A DNA stretch of 6,304 nucleotides from Prasinococcaceae sp. CCMP 1430 (lineage: Eukaryota > Plantae > Prasinodermophyta): the NCBI GenBank assembly GCA_013416795.1, contig RQSC01001286.1, positions 8,304 through 14,607 of the forward strand, given 5' to 3'. The translations under genes were made by a program, and so were the position numbers. The notes beneath the pieces were generated by a model. The model saw only the letters and a list, made by a program, of their open reading frames with translations. It searched no databases and was not told the origin of the DNA. Shown here in pieces: positions 1 through 5,631 of the stretch (positions are counted from its first letter, which is position 1; every line of letters starts with the position of its first letter).

Positions 1-140
1 GCTCGCGCGAGCGCTCGAGATGCGCGCACGCTGGGGCCCGTCCCGTCCGCGCTTGGCCGGGCGGGGGTCGAGCGAGCGGGCGGGCGGGGAGGGGGGCGAG
101 CGCGCGGGCTGCGCCTGCGGTGTGGCGCGGCTCGGGGGCG

Positions 141-267
141 ATGACGCAATCTTATCCAGATGATGGCGGGATCGAACCCGAAGCTGACTCGATTAACCCT
201 GATCTTAAACCTCAATATGGTCGCGGGGGCTCAGCAGGGGCAAAACCTAAAGCCGGCGATTTGGCGC
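141..267. promoter_or_regulatory. AT-richer island, probable promoter upstream of the EXPERA gene
   Basis: 141-220 is 37/80 G+C (46%) against much higher GC in the flanks. It contains TGACGCAA (142-149), GATAAG on - (156-151), telo-box-like TAACCCT/AAACCT/AAAACCTAAA (194-200, 207-212, 242-251) and an E2F-consensus TTTGGCGC (260-267). Short motifs alone are weak evidence. Confidence 0.4.
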
Positions 268-449
268 CGCGCGCGCCACGGCCTCGGCAGCGCCACACGC
301 CGCGCGCGCAGCGGCCGCGGCAGCAACGCGGGCGCGCGCGTCAACAGCCCCGCGGCGGGGCCGGCGGGTGGGGGGGGTGGGCCGAGGTAGGGAGTCACAG
401 GCGTGGACGGCGGAGGCGCGGGAGAGCGGGGCGCGCCGCCGCCGGCGGC

Positions 450-1427
450 ATGGAGGCTGGCGGCGCGGAGGCGGAGGCGGGGGCGGAGGTGCCCGAGCTG
501 GTGCCGCAGCAGGAGGAGTGCGCGTGGGAGGGCGCGGAGAGCGGCGACGGCACGCTGCGGTGGCACCTGCGGGAGGCAGCCGATCAGACGGCCAACTTCG
601 ACTTCGATGACGCCGCGCGCCAACTGTGGTTGGCGGTGGCCATGTGCGCGGGCTTCCTGATCCTCGCGGCGGTGCTGCCGCCCATCCCGGCCGCAGGCGC
701 CGAGGAAGCCAAGAAGGAAAAGGAGCGAGAGGCGCCGCCCACGCGCTCCCCAAGGACGACAAAGATCCTCCCTGCGTGGGTGCTGTGGTGGCTGGCGGTG
801 TCCGCAGTCATCTGCCTCTGGGACGCGAGCTATGTGTTGCTGCGCCCATGGAGTGCGTCGCAGCAGCTGTGGGCGCCATATGAGGCGTACGCGCGCGTCG
901 ACAGGCGGTACGGCGTGGATGAATCGGACGCTTTCAACAAGGCGCAGAGCCTCATCAACATAGCCGAGGTCTTTTTGGGGCTCATCGCCGTGGCTCGTGC
1001 GCGCCGAATCGGCCGCGGTGACGCGAGCGCGGTCGCGCTCGCGCTGTTTGCGTGCGCTGCCACGTGCTCCAAGACAGTGTGCTACTTCATCGTGGAGGCG
1101 TGCGGCGGCCTCGAGTACATCAGCCACAACACGCCGCAAACGGCGCTCGCGCTCTTCGTCCTCCCAAGCTCCATCTGGATAGTGGTGCCCGCGCTCGCGT
1201 TCTCCGCCATCACATCCAACATCTCCAAGGAACTAGCGCTGACAGCGACAGACAACGCACCCACTGCGCTGCCAGCTGCCGAGCCAGACGCAAACACCCG
1301 CACTGACTCGAAGAAGACAAAGAAGGCCAGTGCCGGAGAGAGCAAGGCGCGCAAGAAGAAGGAAGCCAGAGCGCGTGCGCCCTCGACAGAGGAGGCCAGT
1401 GCCGTGACCGCGTCAACCGATGCGTGA
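450..1427 (+). CDS. EXPERA (EBP/emopamil-binding protein superfamily) multi-pass membrane protein, 325 aa, single exon
   Basis: Open frame 120..1427. I place the start at ATG 450 (GCGGCATGG) because codons there become GC3-rich and the upstream in-frame part looks like promoter/UTR. Hydrophobic helices carry EBP-like motifs: LWWLAVSAVICLWDASYVLLRP, LWAPYEAYARVDRRYG (cf. EBP LWKEYAKGDSRY), KTVCYFIVE (cf. GDVLYFLTE), FVLPSSIWIVVP (cf. FVFMNALWLVLP). Ends in tandem TGA TGA (1425-1430). Confidence 0.8.
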   Translation: MEAGGAEAEAGAEVPELVPQQEECAWEGAESGDGTLRWHLREAADQTANFDFDDAARQLWLAVAMCAGFLILAAVLPPIPAAGAEEAKKEKEREAPPTRSPRTTKILPAWVLWWLAVSAVICLWDASYVLLRPWSASQQLWAPYEAYARVDRRYGVDESDAFNKAQSLINIAEVFLGLIAVARARRIGRGDASAVALALFACAATCSKTVCYFIVEACGGLEYISHNTPQTALALFVLPSSIWIVVPALAFSAITSNISKELALTATDNAPTALPAAEPDANTRTDSKKTKKASAGESKARKKKEARARAPSTEEASAVTASTDA

Positions 1428-1672
1428 TGACGAGGCGACTGGGACAGGAGCCGGCCCTGCCGCCTCCGACCTGCCGGCCCCGCCACCCGTCCAAGCAAGA
1501 CTTCTCGACGTACATGACGGCGGCCAACAAGCGACTTTGAAGTAGTGCGATGCTAGCGCACCGCCGAGCATGCCGACGCGCCAGCGCGCGCGCATGCGTA
1601 GCACTGCCCACAGTTGATGATACATGCTCGTGAGATTAGTTTACAGGCGTCGAGCGTTTATACCTCTGGCAG

Positions 1673-3033
1673 TCAGCTCTCGAAGTTAGACTCCACCTTG
1701 ATTGTTAGGTGCTCGCCGTACACCACGCTTGAGTACTCCTCGCCGTGCGCATCCTCGGCCGCAAGCTCAGGCAGCGGCGCTATGACCGCGTCAAAGCTGG
1801 GCTCGTAGAAGAACGGCACAGATATGCGCGAGCGTGCTGAGTCGTCGCTGCCGCCATCCACACTGCCTCCACTGGTGTGAATCACGCGGTGCGGCGTGGC
1901 GATGTATCTCCCATTCGTCCAACGCGTGAGCATGTCGCCAACATTCATGACGAGCAATTGCTCCCCGTCAGCTCCGATCGCCGGGGGTGCGTCGATCCAC
2001 GTGCCATCGCGCGCCTTCACCTGCAGCGACGCCCTCTCCGCGTGGTCCTGGTTTACAAAAGTTAGGCAGCCGTAGTCAGAGTGCTCGCCGCACGATATTG
2101 GCACCGATCGAGGCACCTCCCCCGTCCGCAGCACCTCCCATCCGCCCGCCGCCGCACCGCCGTCGGCGGCGCCCTCGGTGGCCGCGCCCGGAGAGCGCGG
2201 CTCCAGCGGCGGATAGCATATTGCCCGCATCGACCAGAAGGGCTCCTGCAAGGCGTAGTCGAAGGCATCCGCTCGGGCGCCCAGCCCGACGGCGAGGCCG
2301 CGCATGACGTCAGCACCCAGAGCCTCCATCTCTGAAACGTACATTCGCATGGCGGGTTCGAACTCGCTGGGGCTCGCCGGCCATGGGTTCACTCCGCGCG
2401 CCCAGCTCCCAAGGGGAAACGAGCTTGCATCTTGCTCGGCGTACATGTCGAAGGCCTGTCGCCAAGCGCGCGCGCGGCGTGCGAGCTCGCGTCAGCGCCC
2501 TCCACACAGACTGCACCGAAAGCATGCATGCGCACTCACACGCGCGTCCCACGCACCTCGTGGTGGTCTCTCGAGAATGAGCTGGCGTCGCGGTCGTCGG
2601 CACCATCGGCGCCGTAGCGCGTCACGTTCTCACCCAGCCTCTGCCAGCCTCTGTACGCGCCAGCCGCTCCGAGCGCGTGCGCGCGCTTGTAGTCCTCGCC
2701 TTGAGCGAAGAACGTGCGCGCGGCCGAGCGCGCGCCCTCGAGCACCGCTGCGCGCACGCCGTGGCCCGCGAGGTACGCGAAGCCTACGTCACGGCACGCG
2801 GCGTCAAGCGCTCGTGCTGCCGAGCGGAACGCCGCACTGTCCACGGCGGCGCCCTGCCTGCGAAGCCCGCTCACGTCAACCACGGGCAGCGAGCGCAGCG
2901 CCTCCCGCGGCAACGCCGGCGCCGCGGCGGCAACGCCGCGGCAGTCCGCCCCCGCGGGCCGACACAGCGCAGTCCCTGCCGCGAGCGGCGAGGCCAGGCT
3001 CGGGGCGCGCAACAGCGCCCTCCTCGCCGCCAT
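1673..3033 (-). CDS. 2-oxoglutarate/Fe(II)-dependent dioxygenase (DIOX_N + 2OG-FeII_Oxy), At3g50210/DIN11 (2-ODD-C23)-like; exons 3033..2557 and 2455..1673, 419 aa
   Basis: Exon 1 has SLPVVDVS, LDAACRDVGFAYLAGHGV and YRGWQRLGENVT. A phase-0 intron joins ...RDHHE|AFDMY.... Exon 2 has the HxD iron ligands (CGEHSDYG, 2083-2075), the distal His (ATPHRV, 1891-1889), the RxS 2OG-binding motif (RIS, 1828-1820) and a C-terminal VYGEHLTIKVESNF. TGA at 1675-1673. Confidence 0.93.
2456..2556 (-). other. Spliceosomal GT-AG intron (101 nt) of the 2OG dioxygenase
   Basis: Donor GAG|GTGCGT, branch-like GCGCTGAC (CTGAC at 2495-2491), acceptor GACAG|GCC. Removal is phase 0 and restores the conserved D-x-H-E-A-F-D motif. 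Confidence 0.9.
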
Positions 3034-3362
3034 AGTGCGCCGACGGCAGCGCGCGCCGCGCGAGGAGTGGCGTCCCTACACCTCTCCCCAGGCCCCTGCA
3101 CCACACTCGTGTCGCTGCAAGCTTCGCTTTCGGTTTTCTGCCGCAGGCGACAGCGCGCGCTCGGGGGGTCGCGAACAGGCACGGGCGCGTGCGCATATGC
3201 GCGCCTGCACGCCACAGGGGACGACAGCAGCGCGGCGCGGCGCGGCGCGGTGGTGGTGCGTGTGGGGGGCGGCAAGATCCGCGCCGCCGCCATCCCGCAC
3301 GCGCGCGCGCGCGCCCACCGCGCGCGCACGCGCCCGTGCGTGCGCGCGCGCGCTCGTCGGCG
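3034..3362. promoter_or_regulatory. Divergent (probably bidirectional) promoter/5'UTR region between the dioxygenase and ASI1-like genes
   Basis: 329 bp separate the two head-to-head start codons (CAT 3031-3033 and ATG 3363-3365). The region has (GC)n tracts and a short T-rich patch (~3121-3140). Promoter function is inferred from position only. Confidence 0.6.
3297..3350. repeat. (GC)n / alternating purine-pyrimidine tracts with a 13-bp inverted repeat
   Basis: GCACGCGCGCGCGCGCGC at 3297-3314; CGCGCGCGCACGC (3319-3331) is the exact reverse complement of GCGTGCGCGCGCG (3338-3350), with a 6-nt loop. Confidence 0.75.
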
Positions 3363-5424
3363 ATGGTGAAGGTGGTCGAGTATACGCTCGAGGACGAGGT
3401 GCCGCCGGCGCTCAAGGCGCGTCGCTACTTCAGCCGCATCGTCTTGCGGGTCCAGACGAAGGCCGCCGAGGAGGGCAAGCGCTATGAGATCCGGAAGGTC
3501 CAGGTGGGTGACTTCGTGCTGTTACGCACGCGCACGTACCAGGCGGGCGCGGACGACGAAGACAAGGTGCGCCACTTGATGCGCCGGCGTGCGCCTGAGC
3601 GCAGCGCATGCGCGAGCGAGCGACAGAGAGAGAGGGACAAAGCGGGCAGGTACACTGCCGCTCGAGCGCGGTGACGCGCGGGGCGGCGCAGCGCCCCTGA
3701 CTCAGTCGATCGCGCGCGCGCACGCCCCTCTCCATCGTCCCTCTCTCGCAGGCGGACAACCAGGTGGCGCGGGTAGTGTCGATCTTCAAGGTCATGAAAG
3801 ACACGAACAAGCACAAGGAGGGGGAGCAGCTCATGGTGGTGCGCTGGCTGTGGAGGCGTGGGCGTGCCGTGCGCGCGCCACGGGCGCTGCAGGAGGCCAC
3901 ACGCGTGTACGACAACCTCATGAGCGCGCTACCCAAGGGCTGCCAAGAGCTGTACTACGCGTCCAAGTGCGACGAGGCCAACTCTCCCGCCGAGAGCGTG
4001 GTCGCAGTGGAGCTCATCTTGCGAAAGGTCGAGGTGTGCTGCCTGGCGGTTCACAAACGCAATTTCCAGGTGAGCATCAACGACCTGACGAACGTCGAGT
4101 TCTTTTACCGCCTTGCCCTGCGCTGCAACAATCCCGCCGTGTTCCACCCGCTGGACGACATTTACGTCGATGAGACGTGCCCGCTCGCCGTCAAGGTGGT
4201 CAAAAACGTGGACCACTACGCGGTGAAGAAGGGCTTTAATCCGCACTATCTGCCCCCGTCGGTCTTCAACTCGGTCATCGAGAGGTACGTGGCATGACGG
4301 TAGCAATGCCCCTACTGCAGCCACTGAATGCCACGCCTCTGCCGCACGCCAATGCGCACGCCGAGCGCTGACACCACCGGCGGCGACGTTCTTGGTGCGG
4401 GTGTTGTCATAGAACGCACAAGGAAGGCTCTTCTGATAAACTTATGACGGCCTGCAAGGACGCGCAGAACTCGCGCATGGACCCTGCGGCTGCGGCGGCT
4501 AGGAGAGACATGGAAGGAACTGCAGGCGCTGAGGGGTTGAGCCTCGCCAAGTCAGCGGACAATGGTGGCGGCAGCTCCGCACCGCCGCAGAAGAGGGCCC
4601 GAGTATCAGGCGCGCACGAAGAGTCGGCCATCTTCAAGAAGGTGACAGCAGCATCTGTCGCTGATGCCGCAAGGCAACAGAACCACGCGCAGGCGCGTCG
4701 ACCGTCGCTTCAGGCTGCGCAAAGTCAAAAGAAGGCGGCGCGACAGGCTTCGAGGGCGAAGGACAATGCCGCCGATCAGCAGCTTGCTTCTGGCGCGCAA
4801 GGGCACGTGCGCCTGGTGGGTGTGCCCGTTGCGCTCGAGGCTGCCGTGGTGATGCAAGCGCTGCGAGCGCACCTGGTGCGCCACGGCTCATCTGCGCTGG
4901 CGGAGGCCCTTCTGAAAGTGTCTCTCGAGGAGCTGTGGCGCACGTCGACGCTCGGCAGCGCCACCGGCGGCGGCGTGGACGAGCCTTGGGTGAGGGACAT
5001 TGCCACGATGCGCGCCGAGGCACTTTGCTCGCCCGGTCGGCGCAACCTCATCGCACACTTCCGCACGGCTGCGGACGCAGCGGAGGCCATTGCGTTGCTG
5101 TGGGAGCACATGTTGCTTCTGACGCCTCCCGTGAAGGGCGGCGCTGAGGGCTCGCATGCGCCCTCGCCGCTGGTTGCAACGAAACCCGCGCCGCCCCCGC
5201 GGCCACCCATCGGCGAGAGCCCCGACGTGAATCCTGGCTGGATCGTGAATCACGACGGCATGCAGGGCATCGTCGCTGGTCACTTCGCGCAGCGAAACAC
5301 GCTCGAGTTCAGGCAGGCCCTGGAGTGGCGAGCCCTGTCCGTCCAGGCGGAGGGCGAGGTGCAGGCGCTGAGAGAAAGGCAGCAGAAGGAGCTGCGGGGG
5401 CTCATGGAACAGAGGCCCGCATGA
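3363..5424 (+). CDS. ASI1: ANTI-SILENCING 1 (ASI1/IBM2/SG1)-like BAH + RRM protein; exons 3363..3566, 3752..4284, 4413..5424, 582 aa
   Basis: BAH domain: VQVGDFVLLR...VARVVSIF...VVRWLWR...ELYYAS...KVEVCCLAVHKRNFQVSINDLTNVEFFYR. Low-complexity linker with NLS-like PPQKRARV (4582-4605). RRM-like GHVRLVGV (4801) ... RNLIAHFRTAADAAEAIALL (5041). ASI1-type C-terminal motif HFAQRNTLEFRQALEW...RERQQKELRGL (5281-5403). Both introns have canonical signals and keep the frame (3752 is in frame with 3764; phase-2 AG+A, then 4414 is in frame with 4444 with no stops between). Confidence 0.8.
3567..3751 (+). other. Spliceosomal GT-AG intron 1 (185 nt) of the ASI1-like gene
   Basis: Donor AAG|GTGCGC, CTGAC at 3697-3701, CT-rich tract, acceptor CGCAG|GCG; phase 0. 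An alternative in-frame acceptor CCAG|GTG at 3763/3764 would drop 4 aa. Confidence 0.82.
4285..4412 (+). other. Spliceosomal GT-AG intron 2 (128 nt) of the ASI1-like gene
   Basis: Donor GAG|GTACGT, branch-like GCGCTGAC (CTGAC 4368-4372), acceptor CATAG|AACG. Phase 2; it joins the BAH exon in frame to ORF 4444..5424, whose C-terminus independently matches the same protein family. Confidence 0.78.
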
Positions 5425-5631
5425 CGGACGGCAAGGGCCGCCCCCTCCATGCGTGCTGCTCTCTTTCGCGCATGCACACGCATAACTACGACGCACGTGG
5501 TGTGTACTAATGTTTCCGTTGCCACGCTCGAATGCGTTCGCACCGTGGCACCCACCGCGCTGCCATACATCGTGCATGCCTCAAAAAGGCGCGGCAGGCA
5601 TGCGCCGTCGCGTGTTTCTATCTAGGGCACT

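Noticed and set aside
141-230. tRNA gene on the minus strand around GGTTCGATCCC
   Set aside because: The T-arm has only a 4-bp stem with a 6-nt loop, and no acceptor stem, D-arm or anticodon arm could be built.
120-449. In-frame N-terminal extension of the EXPERA ORF (MWRGSGAMTQSYPDD...)
   Set aside because: It starts at GTG or a weak ATG, has AT-rich third positions followed by G/R-rich low-complexity translation, and overlaps promoter-like motifs and G-tracts. A long stop-free frame is expected at this GC content. Not excluded without TSS data.
231-1139. 302-aa antisense ORF and the many other overlapping Arg/Ala/Pro-rich ORFs (e.g. 2304..3035, 2677..3487, 4888..5577)
   Set aside because: Shadow ORFs from high GC and GC3 bias of the real genes; no recognisable motifs.
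3627-3649. Possible micro-exon inside intron 1 (...GACAG/AGAG...GGGCAG|GTACAC)
   Set aside because: It needs a poor acceptor to keep the frame and adds no BAH-like residues; no support without reads.
3856-3895. Intron-like GC-rich stretch (RGRAVRAPRALQ) ending in CTGCAG inside BAH exon 2
   Set aside because: The only frame-preserving GT-AG options are 24-27 nt, too short compared with the other introns; kept as a coding loop.
4067-4075. Strong donor-like CAG|GTGAGC inside the BAH exon
   Set aside because: The sequence after it (VSINDLTNVEFFYR) continues the ASI1-type BAH motif in frame, so it is coding; at most a cryptic site.
4288-4377. C/D-box snoRNA in intron 2 (ATGACGG ... CTGA ... CTGA)
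   Set aside because: The C box has two mismatches, the element starts 4 nt from the donor, the distal CTGA is the likely branch point, and I recognised no rRNA-complementary guide.
2456-4412. Introns as introner-type transposons
   Set aside because: No terminal inverted repeats, no target-site duplication beyond AG|G, and no similarity among the three introns apart from splice signals.
1673-5424. Functional gene cluster linking the dioxygenase and the ASI1-like gene
   Set aside because: Adjacency and divergent orientation are expected in a compact genome, and no known pathway connects them.
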